The position numbers and the translations under genes were made by a program. This document shows, piece after piece, positions 1 to 9,452 of a stretch of DNA of 64,000 nucleotides. The stretch is from assembly GCA_002691825.1 (NCBI GenBank), contig NZIZ01000047.1:40940-104939 (forward strand). Reading direction: 5' to 3'. Numbering within the stretch: the first letter of the stretch is position 1; each line of letters begins with the position of its first letter. The notes beneath the pieces were generated by a model. The model ran no database searches. It worked only from the letters and a program-made list of their open reading frames with translations, and had not been told where the DNA came from. The DNA is from Porticoccaceae bacterium. GTDB taxonomy: Bacteria; Pseudomonadota; Gammaproteobacteria; Pseudomonadales; Porticoccaceae.

Positions 1-197
1 TAAAGAGTACAATAGACCGGCGAAAGAATAAGGAGAATCCGGTAGTTATGGCCAGAGAGATTTTCTTAGTCCCAGATATTGTGTTGGAGCTAAAAGTAGA
101 GGAAGAGAGCTATAGGGCAGGTGAGAGTGAAGACGAGGCCGAGCGACACACAGAATCTTACCGAATTCAAACAGCATGCGAAGCGTTGGGAGTTTAG
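1..197 (+). CDS. gspK: Type II secretion minor pseudopilin GspK, C-terminal fragment (5' truncated by window)
   Basis: The frame from nt 3 reads KSTIDRRKNKENPVVMAREIFLV...ACEALGV* (TAG 195-197). It resembles the GspK C-terminal S-x-I-x-R...VV-x-x-R strand and lies directly upstream of gspL. Confidence 0.5.
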   Translation, partial: KSTIDRRKNKENPVVMAREIFLVPDIVLELKVEEESYRAGESEDEAERHTESYRIQTACEALGV

Positions 198-1306
198 GAA
201 AGTTGGCTACTCAAGTTGATCATCTTTACAACCTAGATACTCGGCCTAGATCAAGTGACGGTGAACCTGTGTATTTGGACCTTTGGGTTCCGTCTGAACA
301 GATAACAGTTCAACGGATTCAGGTTCCCACTGCACCTCGGAGAAAGTGGCCTAGCCTAATACCGTGGATTATGGAGGAGCGTATCCTTGACAGGATTGAG
401 GATATGCATTTTGTTCTTGGCGAATGCTTTGAGGACGACACGGTAGAGGTATTTTGTGTTCGAAAGAAGGACTTGCGGAATTGGCTCAGAGTTGCGGAAA
501 ACTCTGGAGTCGTTGTGAGAAAGATGGTTCCAGATTACTTTGCTCTTCCCTGGGAGATTGGAAGGTTATCTGTGGGTTGGCGAGAGGGTTATTGCCTAGT
601 TCGTTATTCTGCGAGTGAGGGATTTTCGTCAAAACCAAATTTCGCATGGAGAATAATAGAGCGCTTTATTGAAAGTGAATCTGTTTCGCCCCGAGTTTCA
701 ATAAGTGTTCCGGAAAGCATCTCAGTACCAGATAGTCTTGGCGAGCAAGCTGAACTAAATAGGTCTGAGGTAGATTGGCAAATCTGTGATATTCAAGATG
801 GAATAAATCTTTTAGAGGGTGAATTTCAGCCGAAAGCTAGTTCCTTCTCACGTTTGTGGGGCGTTAATATTATGTTGGCGATAATCCTCTGCGCATTGAT
901 GCTTGGGCACCTACAATTGGCGATAAAGAAATTCACCTCGGACATAAAAGAAATCGAACAGCACATAGAATTAAGTTATGGAAGGATCTTTTTAGGCCAA
1001 AGTATCGAAGCAGCCGAGCTTCGCAGTGCTTTCGATGTACAACTTAAGAGGATGCTAGCGCAACGAAAAGCCAGAGATAGCATGCCTTTTGTCGGGCTTC
1101 AGGCGTTATCTGAGGTAATGCGAAACTGTGACTGTGACTTGCGGTCTCTTGAGACATCTTCTGGTGAAATTAAGATAAAGGTGGATCGTTCTGTTGAGCT
1201 TCTTCGACGGGATTTGGAGCTCCCAGAATTCAACCTTGGTATCGAGACTTCAGAAAAATCCTCGGACGGCTTATTGCTAACTTTGAGTTCTAGGAGAAAT
1301 CGGTGA
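176..1306 (+). CDS. gspL: Type II secretion protein GspL
   Basis: Actin-like N-terminal motifs (LWVPSEQI, IPWIMEERIL, MHFVLG, MVPDYFALP), INLLEGEF then a single TM helix. True start may be TTG 203 after AGGA. Confidence 0.85.
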   Translation: MRSVGSLGKLATQVDHLYNLDTRPRSSDGEPVYLDLWVPSEQITVQRIQVPTAPRRKWPSLIPWIMEERILDRIEDMHFVLGECFEDDTVEVFCVRKKDLRNWLRVAENSGVVVRKMVPDYFALPWEIGRLSVGWREGYCLVRYSASEGFSSKPNFAWRIIERFIESESVSPRVSISVPESISVPDSLGEQAELNRSEVDWQICDIQDGINLLEGEFQPKASSFSRLWGVNIMLAIILCALMLGHLQLAIKKFTSDIKEIEQHIELSYGRIFLGQSIEAAELRSAFDVQLKRMLAQRKARDSMPFVGLQALSEVMRNCDCDLRSLETSSGEIKIKVDRSVELLRRDLELPEFNLGIETSEKSSDGLLLTLSSRRNR

Positions 1307-1797
1307 GATTTACGAAATCTTTTAAAGACTGGAGACAAGGGCTCAGTCGTCGTGAGGTTAGGGTCATTGCAGCCGCGATTCTTTTAATTATGATTACCTC
1401 AGTTATGCTTTTTTTCGAGCCTATTTGGCGCACTCATCAGCAGTTACAAGCAAATGTTGCAGCCCGTGAGCAAGATTTAAACTGGCTTAACGAGCAAGCT
1501 AAGTCGGTTAGTAAGTTTGAAAATGATTGTGCTGGTCGAGCGATAAAAAATGGTTCCGATCGTGAGATCTTAGATCTAATTTTGCGTCGAAACCAGTTGA
1601 GAACAAAAGTTAACAGAGAGGATGGTGGTTCGCATTTTCTTGAGTTTGAGGTAAACGACGCGAATAAGGTATTAAAAATGATCGGTCATTTCGCATGTGA
1701 GCAATTTGCTTTGAAAAGGTTGTCGATTAATCGGCTCCTGATTGACGAAAATTTAGGACGTTATGTCGCTAAAATACAGTTAAGGCGAGTTCGTTAA
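1303..1797 (+). CDS. gspM: Type II secretion protein GspM
   Basis: W-x-x-LSRRE N-terminus, one TM helix, coiled coil ending LNWL; 4-nt overlap with gspL. Confidence 0.8.
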   Translation: MRFTKSFKDWRQGLSRREVRVIAAAILLIMITSVMLFFEPIWRTHQQLQANVAAREQDLNWLNEQAKSVSKFENDCAGRAIKNGSDREILDLILRRNQLRTKVNREDGGSHFLEFEVNDANKVLKMIGHFACEQFALKRLSINRLLIDENLGRYVAKIQLRRVR

Positions 1798-1836
1798 ATT
1801 TGATAATATCGTAATATATGGTGAGAGGCTTTTAGG

Positions 1837-2721
1837 ATGGGGGTTGTAAGGTTGAGTCGTAAAAAGTTATCGTGGATTATCTCAGAACTCAGATTTCTCT
1901 TACATTCTCGGGGCGGGGAACCACTAATTCCAAAGTTATTTGCGCCTTTGACTTTGGTCCTGCTCGTATTGGCTCTAATTGTGCTGGCCATATCGGTTAT
2001 AGACCTGGCTAATCAAAGACCTCTATCTTTTCGATTGATTGAAAGGGTTACTGTAGCACCAATTAAAGATTGGAACTGGTTCAGGAGCGCCTTACCTAAA
2101 CCTGTTGCCTCTAAATCCCTATTGAACCTGAAAAACGCCGACATCAATGTCGAGCTTCTTGGCATAATGATAGGCGATGAGGTGTCTGCTGCAACATTAA
2201 CCACTAGCGGAAAACCAGAAAATGTTTATCAGATAGGGGATGAAATAAAACCTGGTGTGAGTATCACGGGGATAGAGCCTCATCGCATTATCATTGATCA
2301 GAACGGGTCGCCTCGGCAGATATCACTGAAAAAGCCAGATTCAATTATAGAGTCTTTGGATAGAACTGAGCCAGATAGTTTGGGTAAAAGTATGCAGGCC
2401 GGTTTTAAGTTAGCGAATATGTTTGGCGCAGTACCAGTGAGGCTCGATAACTCAAGCGGAAGCTACGCGTCGGGATTTAAGCTCAATGAGCTCTCCGATG
2501 AAATACGCTCTCTTGCGGATATAGAGAATGGTGACGTGATTGTTAAAGTTAGTGATTCTGGAATACAGGAACTCCTAAAAAATCCCACTGCGTTGATAAA
2601 TTATAGCAGTCAAACTAGTCTACCAGTGACGGTAATCCGCGATGGCCGAGAGGTGGTAGTTTACGTTAATGCTGCAAGTCTGTCGGCGAAAATGTTACCG
2701 AACCTGGGGCAAATAAGATGA
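1837..2721 (+). CDS. gspC: Type II secretion protein GspC (TM, HR domain, PDZ-like C-terminus)
   Basis: TM helix, VELLGIMIG...YQIGDEI...IEPHRIII HR motif, C-terminal GDVIVKV...VIRDG. Precedes gspD. Start uncertain. Confidence 0.8.
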   Translation: MGVVRLSRKKLSWIISELRFLLHSRGGEPLIPKLFAPLTLVLLVLALIVLAISVIDLANQRPLSFRLIERVTVAPIKDWNWFRSALPKPVASKSLLNLKNADINVELLGIMIGDEVSAATLTTSGKPENVYQIGDEIKPGVSITGIEPHRIIIDQNGSPRQISLKKPDSIIESLDRTEPDSLGKSMQAGFKLANMFGAVPVRLDNSSGSYASGFKLNELSDEIRSLADIENGDVIVKVSDSGIQELLKNPTALINYSSQTSLPVTVIRDGREVVVYVNAASLSAKMLPNLGQIR

Positions 2722-4598
2722 TCAATTCCTGCTTAAAAATTAATCGATTTGGGTTGTATGTAGTCGCGGTATTGGCTTCACTACTGATATCCCTCGGTCA
2801 AGCTAGTGCGCAAGAAGAAGTGCGTATAAATTTTCGGGATGCGGATATTCGTAGCGTGATTGAAAGTGTAGCCGAAATAACTGGTAAATCGTTTGTGTTA
2901 GATCCCCGGGTTAAAGGCAAAGTGACAATTATTGCTCCGCAACCTATCGACTCTCGTCTTCTATATGAAGCGGTTTTGTCCGCTATTCAGGTCCAAGGTT
3001 TCCAGGCGGTGCGAGATGGAGCGGTTACGCGCATTATACCGTTTAGCCAAGCATTTAATTTTGCTGCTGGAGATGGCGGCAATCAGATGCGTACAGAAGT
3101 TTTGCGAATAAAACATGTCCAAGCGGCAACCTTGGTATCGGTGCTCAAGCCAATGCTGAGCAACGGGGCTCGTCTTATGGCCTACGCACCCAGCAACTAT
3201 TTAGTTGTGTCGGATATAGAGACGAATATTCTTCAGTTGAAACGTTTCATTGAAATTATGGATGACCCTGATAGTTCAGCGGTAGAGGTGGTAAATTTGC
3301 GGCACATCTCTGCTGCGGAGGCTGTGCATATTGCAAGCCAGTTAAAGCAGTTACAGAAGCAAGAATTGTCCCTTGTTGAAGATGGCCTCAATGATCGAAT
3401 AATCGTGAGTGGTCCCGGCATAGCCAGGGCCTCTTTCAAGGCCATGCTTTTAAATTTAGATGTGCCCTCTGCGAAACAGGCAAGTGTTGAGGTGATGTAT
3501 CTAGATTTTTTAAGGGCTGCAGAAATTAAGCCGGTTATTGACGGGATGCTGCAGTCGGACACCTTTCTTCGCCTTGCCGGTCAATCTGGTGGGGATGGGA
3601 AAAATAAGACAAATTATAAAATTGAGATTGATGAACTCAATAATGCGCTCATCTTAGCGGCCCCACGGGAAGTCATCCGAGAGGTAAACAAGGTATTGGA
3701 TCAGCTTGACAAGCCTCGTCCGCAAGTGCTGATAGAGGCAGTTATTGCTGAATTGTCAGAGGATCAAGCGGAGGACCTTAGCTCACAGCTGATTTATTCT
3801 AGTAAAAATCGCGGGGCTTATCTGACAAATTTTGATGGCGTTTTGACTAGTTTACTGGGAACGACCTTGCTTGAGGGAAGTCAAAATACATCCCCTTCGA
3901 TGTTGAGTCAGGGTCTACCGGCCGCTGGGCTCGGTGTTCTGGGTGATTTCGATAACGCCACTGGAAAAGGTATGGGCTTGTTGGTGCAGGCGCTGAAAAC
4001 TGATGGAGCGACCAAAGTTCTATCTACCCCCTCTGTGGTGACCTTGGACAATGAGGAAGCCACGCTTACGGTGGGAGAGGAGGTGCCTTTTCAAACCGGG
4101 AGTTTTACCAATAGTAATAATGTAAGCACGAACCCTTTTACGACAATCAACCGAGAAGAAGTGGGGGTAACGCTCAAGGTTAAACCTCAGATAAGCAAGG
4201 GCGATGCCGTGCGTTTAGAGATCGAACAAGAATCGTCTAAAGTGCAGGCTGGCGGTACTGTTGGATTGCAAACAACTTCAAAAACCACGATGCAAACTAA
4301 CGTAATGGTTCAGGATGGAGAATTACTCGTGCTGGGAGGATTAATTGAGGACACGGGCAGTGATAATGCAAGGAAGGTACCTATCATTGGCGATATACCG
4401 CTATTAGGACGTTTTTTTCGAGCAACCAAAAACGAATCTAAGCAGCGAGTAATGATGATGTTTATTCGACCAACTATATTAAGAGATCCTCTTGATGCGA
4501 AGACCGCTACCAAGGGACGTTTTGACCATTTGATTCTTCGGGATCTAGATGGAGATACCCCAGGATACCTCACTCCCAAGTTGAAGGAATTAGAATGA
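2718..4598 (+). CDS. gspD: Type II secretion secretin GspD
   Basis: Signal peptide, INFRDADIRSVIESVAEITGKSFVLDPRVKG, RPQVLIEAVIAE, STPSVVTLDNEEA, KVPIIGDIPLLGRFF. Confidence 0.97.
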   Translation: MINSCLKINRFGLYVVAVLASLLISLGQASAQEEVRINFRDADIRSVIESVAEITGKSFVLDPRVKGKVTIIAPQPIDSRLLYEAVLSAIQVQGFQAVRDGAVTRIIPFSQAFNFAAGDGGNQMRTEVLRIKHVQAATLVSVLKPMLSNGARLMAYAPSNYLVVSDIETNILQLKRFIEIMDDPDSSAVEVVNLRHISAAEAVHIASQLKQLQKQELSLVEDGLNDRIIVSGPGIARASFKAMLLNLDVPSAKQASVEVMYLDFLRAAEIKPVIDGMLQSDTFLRLAGQSGGDGKNKTNYKIEIDELNNALILAAPREVIREVNKVLDQLDKPRPQVLIEAVIAELSEDQAEDLSSQLIYSSKNRGAYLTNFDGVLTSLLGTTLLEGSQNTSPSMLSQGLPAAGLGVLGDFDNATGKGMGLLVQALKTDGATKVLSTPSVVTLDNEEATLTVGEEVPFQTGSFTNSNNVSTNPFTTINREEVGVTLKVKPQISKGDAVRLEIEQESSKVQAGGTVGLQTTSKTTMQTNVMVQDGELLVLGGLIEDTGSDNARKVPIIGDIPLLGRFFRATKNESKQRVMMMFIRPTILRDPLDAKTATKGRFDHLILRDLDGDTPGYLTPKLKELE

Positions 4599-4710
4599 GA
4601 GCCGAGTGAATAGAATTTTGAGGATAACTCAAAACAGAGACGTCTACTGATTATAATTTCGGTCGCTCTTCTGAGTTATCGAACTCGCGCTAATTACTTT
4701 TTTTGGAGCA

Positions 4711-6438
4711 ATGATGTCGCTTTATCTTGAACATTTCGGCTTGACGCGCGAACCATTTTCAATTGTTCCTGACCCTGGCTTTTTGTATCCTAGTCATTAT
4801 CACCGGCAAGCGGTTGCACACCTCAAGTATGGTTTGGAGCGCGAGGGTGGTTTTGTACTCCTTACAGGTGAGGTTGGGACTGGAAAAACGACTTTAATTA
4901 GAACGTTTCTTAAAAGCATGCCTGCACATGTGCGAACCGCTTACATTCTTAATAGTCAGTTGCAAGTTAGTGACCTACTTGCAAGTATATGTCTCGAGTT
5001 ATCTATTAAATCTGTGGCTAGGGACGGAGTGTCTTTTGTAAAAGCGTGCATAGATGCCTTGTATGACGATCTGCTCGCAGATCATGCACGTGGAAATAGG
5101 ACTTTGATCATTATTGAGGAAGCTCAAAATCTAGGACGCGATGTGTTAGAGACACTTCGCCTTCTCAGCAATTTGGAAACTCATACTGACAAATTACTAC
5201 ATATTCTCTTGGTCGGCCAACCTGAATTTTTAGAGACATTAGCTCAACATGATATGCGTCAATTAAATCAGCGGGTAGTCTCACGGTTTCATTTACAACC
5301 CATTGATCGAAAGGAATTAGCCGATTATGTAAGGTATAGGTTGCACAAGGCGGGAGCTAAGAGAGCTATATTTGAAGATTCGTGTATACCCGTTATATAT
5401 AAACTAACCGAGGGTATCCCAAGGCTCATTAATCTGATTTGCCAACACGCGCTGGTGGCCGCCTATGCTACTGGACGATATTCAATCTCAAAAAAGCTAT
5501 TGAAGGAAGCCGCCGCCGAGGCTTTACCTTCCTCTGGGTTAACGCGGCATGTCAAGGGGCGTTGGATCGTAGGCCTGCCTTTGGCCTTGGTAATAATTTT
5601 GGGAGTTGTTGGATTGCAGGAGGCTATTAAAGAAGATTTCCATAAAATCGATTCGGCTAAGTTAATAGATTTCCCGCCAAACGCTGAGGTATCAAATGCA
5701 AATAATTTAGTAGATACGACAGAACGCACTGCTTTATCGTCTGATTGGATTCTCTCGAAGCAGTCCAGTTCAGAGTTCGTTGAAACGAGTCAAAATGATA
5801 TTTCTCAATCTCCCGCTAGCGATATTGGGGATCCTAGGGATTCTCAAGCCCAAACTGAGGATCATCGCTTTGACGCAAAAACTGAGTTACTAAAACTCTG
5901 GGTTCCCCAAAGTTTTTTGGTGCTATCTTCCTCTTCTGCAAAAGAAATATTAAGATTGAAAGAAGAGACAATTTTTTTATCAGATTTAGATGCTATGCGT
6001 GCATTAGATAGACCGGGATTGGTGACGCTGTCTCAAATGGGTCATGCTAAAACTATGGTCTTGATTGGGATTCAAAATAATTTTGTTACTGTGAGAGGAG
6101 AATTCGGAGATGAAAAAGTGGAATTCTCAGATTTGTTGGCAGGGTGGAATCGGGAGTATACATACATTTGGAGGCCTCCACCGAACTATGAGGTTTTACA
6201 GGGAGATCAGAGGAATAAGCCCTTAATAAACTGGTTGCAAGAACGATTTTTGCAATTGGATAGTGCCTACGAGCGAATGATCACCGGCGGGCGTTACACC
6301 GAGGCGTTACAATTTCATGTGTTAGAATTCCAACGCCTCTATGGACTGAAACAAGATGGTATTTTGGGCCCGGAAACTATTATGATGATCAATAGACTAA
6401 CCGATCCAAGCACCCCCTCAATATTGGTTAGAAGTTGA
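4711..6438 (+). CDS. exeA: ExeA/GspA family AAA ATPase with C-terminal peptidoglycan-binding domain
   Basis: YLEHFGLTREPFSIVPDP, Walker A GEVGTGKT, LVGQPE, TEGIPRLIN, TM helix, C-terminal FQRLYGLKQDGILGPET PG-binding motif. Confidence 0.92.
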   Translation: MMSLYLEHFGLTREPFSIVPDPGFLYPSHYHRQAVAHLKYGLEREGGFVLLTGEVGTGKTTLIRTFLKSMPAHVRTAYILNSQLQVSDLLASICLELSIKSVARDGVSFVKACIDALYDDLLADHARGNRTLIIIEEAQNLGRDVLETLRLLSNLETHTDKLLHILLVGQPEFLETLAQHDMRQLNQRVVSRFHLQPIDRKELADYVRYRLHKAGAKRAIFEDSCIPVIYKLTEGIPRLINLICQHALVAAYATGRYSISKKLLKEAAAEALPSSGLTRHVKGRWIVGLPLALVIILGVVGLQEAIKEDFHKIDSAKLIDFPPNAEVSNANNLVDTTERTALSSDWILSKQSSSEFVETSQNDISQSPASDIGDPRDSQAQTEDHRFDAKTELLKLWVPQSFLVLSSSSAKEILRLKEETIFLSDLDAMRALDRPGLVTLSQMGHAKTMVLIGIQNNFVTVRGEFGDEKVEFSDLLAGWNREYTYIWRPPPNYEVLQGDQRNKPLINWLQERFLQLDSAYERMITGGRYTEALQFHVLEFQRLYGLKQDGILGPETIMMINRLTDPSTPSILVRS

Positions 6439-6962
6439 TGTCGTTTATTCTGGATGCATTGAAAAAAGCTGAGCGTGATCGTCTACGTGACGAAAAGTTT
6501 GAAATTGAGGATGTTACTAGCTCTGTTTGGGAGCTCAACAATATAACTACGGTAACCAGTAAAAAATTAATTTTTCAAATCAGCTTGATATTAATAATTT
6601 GTTGCCTAGTAGTTTTGATTTTAGTTTTTGTCACTTTGAAAGACGGTATATTGGATGACGAGATAGTTGATACAACTGCAGCGCTCTTGCCGGATGGGTT
6701 TGCACCCGAAACGATGTTAAGGGCTGGTGTACATACCGAAAACAGCTCCAAGATTATGTTGCCATCTGTTCCAAATATTCTAATAACTGGCAGCATTTTC
6801 TTAAGCGATGGATCGAAATCTAACCGAGTTTTTATTGACGATAGAGCGTTGAGAGTTGGTGATTTAGTTGACTCAAATTGGATGATAGAGTCAATCGCGG
6901 TTGATGCGGTTGTGCTGAGGTTTGATGTTCACACAAAGAGGATAGCATATCCTGGACTCTAA
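6435..6962 (+). CDS. exeB: ExeB/GspB family protein
   Basis: MSFILDALKKAERDR N-terminus typical of GspB, TM helix, C-terminal beta domain; overlaps exeA stop. Confidence 0.8.
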   Translation: MMSFILDALKKAERDRLRDEKFEIEDVTSSVWELNNITTVTSKKLIFQISLILIICCLVVLILVFVTLKDGILDDEIVDTTAALLPDGFAPETMLRAGVHTENSSKIMLPSVPNILITGSIFLSDGSKSNRVFIDDRALRVGDLVDSNWMIESIAVDAVVLRFDVHTKRIAYPGL

Positions 6963-6992
6963 TCAATTTGAGGATGGGCGTGTCGAATTTTT

Positions 6993-8747
6993 TTAATCGG
7001 TAAAAACTTCGAAATCTGATAGCGTTTTTTGCTTAAATCGTTTTGAGCGTCGGTAAGGGAACACATCGATGATGTACCCCTCGTTTATTTTTTTTTGTAA
7101 ATTTTTCCAAAAATATATCTCATAAAGATCGCTATGCATTTCTTCAAAGATCCTTCTGGCCTCTCTGTTGCCTGAAAAAAATAGCCTGAATTCCTCAGGA
7201 AAAATGTCTGAATCACCCACTGAAAACCAGGCATCAGCTCTCAACTCATCTTCTGAATTCATTGCTTGTGGAATTTTTCGAAAGTTGCATTCCGTAAGAG
7301 GGATGATTTCATCGTAATCATAGAAAACTACTCTACCATGGCGAGTGACACCAAAGTTCTTAAGAGGCATATCACCGGGAAATATATTGGCGGCGGCTAG
7401 TTGTTTGATGCAGTTACCATACTCCTCCATTACACCCCGGATATCTTGGTTTGAGGCATTATTGAGGAATATGTTCAATGGCGTCATGTAGCGTTCAATG
7501 TAAAGATGTTTGATTAGCAACTGATCTCCACGGAGTTCAATTTGAGAATTGGCTACATTTTTCAATTCTGCTAACAACGTCGTCGAAAACCTTTGGATTG
7601 GGAAAATAAGGTTATTGAATTCCTGTGTATCTGCCATGCGTCCTATGCGATCGTGTCGAGATACCATGTGGTACTTTTTGCGAACTGTATCATGAGTAAC
7701 CTCTTTGGGAGGATCGAATTTGTCTTTTATTATCTTAAATACAATATTGTACGAAGGTAAAGTGAATACTGACATGACCATACCCTTTATGCCGGGTGCA
7801 ATTATAAAGGTGTCATTGGACTGCTCTAGGTGTTGAATTAGTTGGCGATAAAATTCTGTTTTTGCATGTTTGGGGAAACCAAGACTATTATAAATTTCAT
7901 GATCCAATTTATTTGGCATTAGATTTTTTAAAAAATGTGCATACTGGTACGGGAGGGGCGCGTCGACCATGAAGTGGTTTCTAGTAAAACTGAACACTAC
8001 GCTCAATTCGTCTACGTTAAAAAGAGCGGTGTCAACAAAAACATGTCCGTGTTCATTATTGAGTATCACTAACGCCATAGGGAATACATTTTCGCCATCG
8101 ACGATACGACCCACAATGTATGCTGCCTTACTCCGATAGAAGATAGACTCCAGTATGTCAAAGTTTATATTTTCTTCGCGCCTGACAAGTTTTGGGGCTA
8201 CCTCTCGATTGAATACTGCCATAATATTATCGAGATCAAGGGCTATATTTTCCCGAGGAAGAGAAAACTCTGATTCCGATAAGATTTGATGAAACGTGTC
8301 GCGGTAATTATTTCCATTGTAACGTATGAATATACTGTACTCTGATTCCGGTGCCTCGATAGCTTGAGAAGAACCCACGAACACAACGTCTTCGGCAATT
8401 TTGTCGTGATCAAGGATATGGCTGAATACAGAATTAAAAAATGTCTCGGCTATTTCAAAATTTGGAAAATTAAAAACTAGTTGAGTATAGGCTACCTTGG
8501 CTTCACGCCAAAGATCCAACTTGGCTAAATCTTTATTGGTGACCATGCCCAAATATTGCACAGTCTGATTAATTTTATCAGTGTAAAGCTCTAGTCGATC
8601 TGCATTTGCCCTTTGCGTGCCTGTCCAATCAGCCTTTTCAAATCGCGCTTTAGCACTCAGGGTCGCATTTAGGTGATCGGCAAAATAGCTACGGAAGCCA
8701 TTGAGGATCGTTTTTGCCATGCGCCGTGCTGTAGGATTTCTTATCAA
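6993..8747 (-). CDS. aceK: Isocitrate dehydrogenase kinase/phosphatase
   Basis: IAETFFNSV, APGIKGMVM, HDRIGRMADTQEF, NIFPGDMxxKNFGVTRHGRVVFYDYDEI, DVFPYRR. Confidence 0.96.
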   Translation of the reverse strand: MIRNPTARRMAKTILNGFRSYFADHLNATLSAKARFEKADWTGTQRANADRLELYTDKINQTVQYLGMVTNKDLAKLDLWREAKVAYTQLVFNFPNFEIAETFFNSVFSHILDHDKIAEDVVFVGSSQAIEAPESEYSIFIRYNGNNYRDTFHQILSESEFSLPRENIALDLDNIMAVFNREVAPKLVRREENINFDILESIFYRSKAAYIVGRIVDGENVFPMALVILNNEHGHVFVDTALFNVDELSVVFSFTRNHFMVDAPLPYQYAHFLKNLMPNKLDHEIYNSLGFPKHAKTEFYRQLIQHLEQSNDTFIIAPGIKGMVMSVFTLPSYNIVFKIIKDKFDPPKEVTHDTVRKKYHMVSRHDRIGRMADTQEFNNLIFPIQRFSTTLLAELKNVANSQIELRGDQLLIKHLYIERYMTPLNIFLNNASNQDIRGVMEEYGNCIKQLAAANIFPGDMPLKNFGVTRHGRVVFYDYDEIIPLTECNFRKIPQAMNSEDELRADAWFSVGDSDIFPEEFRLFFSGNREARRIFEEMHSDLYEIYFWKNLQKKINEGYIIDVFPYRRSKRFKQKTLSDFEVFTD

Positions 8748-8786
8748 TTAGTTGTCAGCCAATACTAGGATTTTTTATTTCAACCG

Positions 8787-9452
8787 TTAATCGAACATTT
8801 TTTTTATACTAGTTAGATATTTTTTTGCTTCTGCCTTGGTGGGAGCTTGGGACTTTGATATCGTTTTTGGGTTTGCGTTCGAAATGTTGTAGGTCTCTCC
8901 TGTCTGTAATCCATTGGAGTATTTTGCGTATACTTTTTTGAATTCCGTCAATGCTTGATATTCTGGAGTGTTGGCTAGATAAAACCAACCGCAATCTCTC
9001 CCAGCTAAATACACAATAGCGTGAGACCAAGTCTGCTGTATTTTTGGACTATTTTTGTTGCAGGCTTCCAAGTAGGCTTGGCGTGGGTCTGGCAATCCTG
9101 GGAAGAAAACAAGTTTTCGGCACTCAGTAATCATTCTGTTGAGCGTTGGAAGATACTCACTTTCTGCGATAACATTTCGTGCTGCCAGATAAATCGTTTC
9201 CGATGAAAAGTTATCCAAAGTGTCAAGCCAAAGCTTCTTAGCCAAATTCTCGGAGTTAGGATTGTCGCCAAAAGCGCTGTAGTATTGATTATGATAATTG
9301 AGTCGAAAAAGAGCGAATACTTGATTCACTGCATCAATTCGGTCTGACTGATTTCTCTCCTTCTCAGGTGGCCCAGCTTCTGTCTGATAGTGCGTCGATG
9401 ATGCTTCGATCTCTGAGACGACCTTTTCGATCATTTTTGATTTGTCTTTCAT
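8787..9452 (-). CDS. dopE: Lambda replication protein P-like helicase loader (DopE-like)
   Basis: INQVFALF-like segment (VNQVFALFRLNYHNQY), AKKLWL, SEYLPTL, GLPDPRQAYLEAC, WSHAIVYLAG match lambda P family motifs. ATG 9452 chosen over the track start 9593. Confidence 0.75.
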   Translation of the reverse strand: MKDKSKMIEKVVSEIEASSTHYQTEAGPPEKERNQSDRIDAVNQVFALFRLNYHNQYYSAFGDNPNSENLAKKLWLDTLDNFSSETIYLAARNVIAESEYLPTLNRMITECRKLVFFPGLPDPRQAYLEACNKNSPKIQQTWSHAIVYLAGRDCGWFYLANTPEYQALTEFKKVYAKYSNGLQTGETYNISNANPKTISKSQAPTKAEAKKYLTSIKKMFD

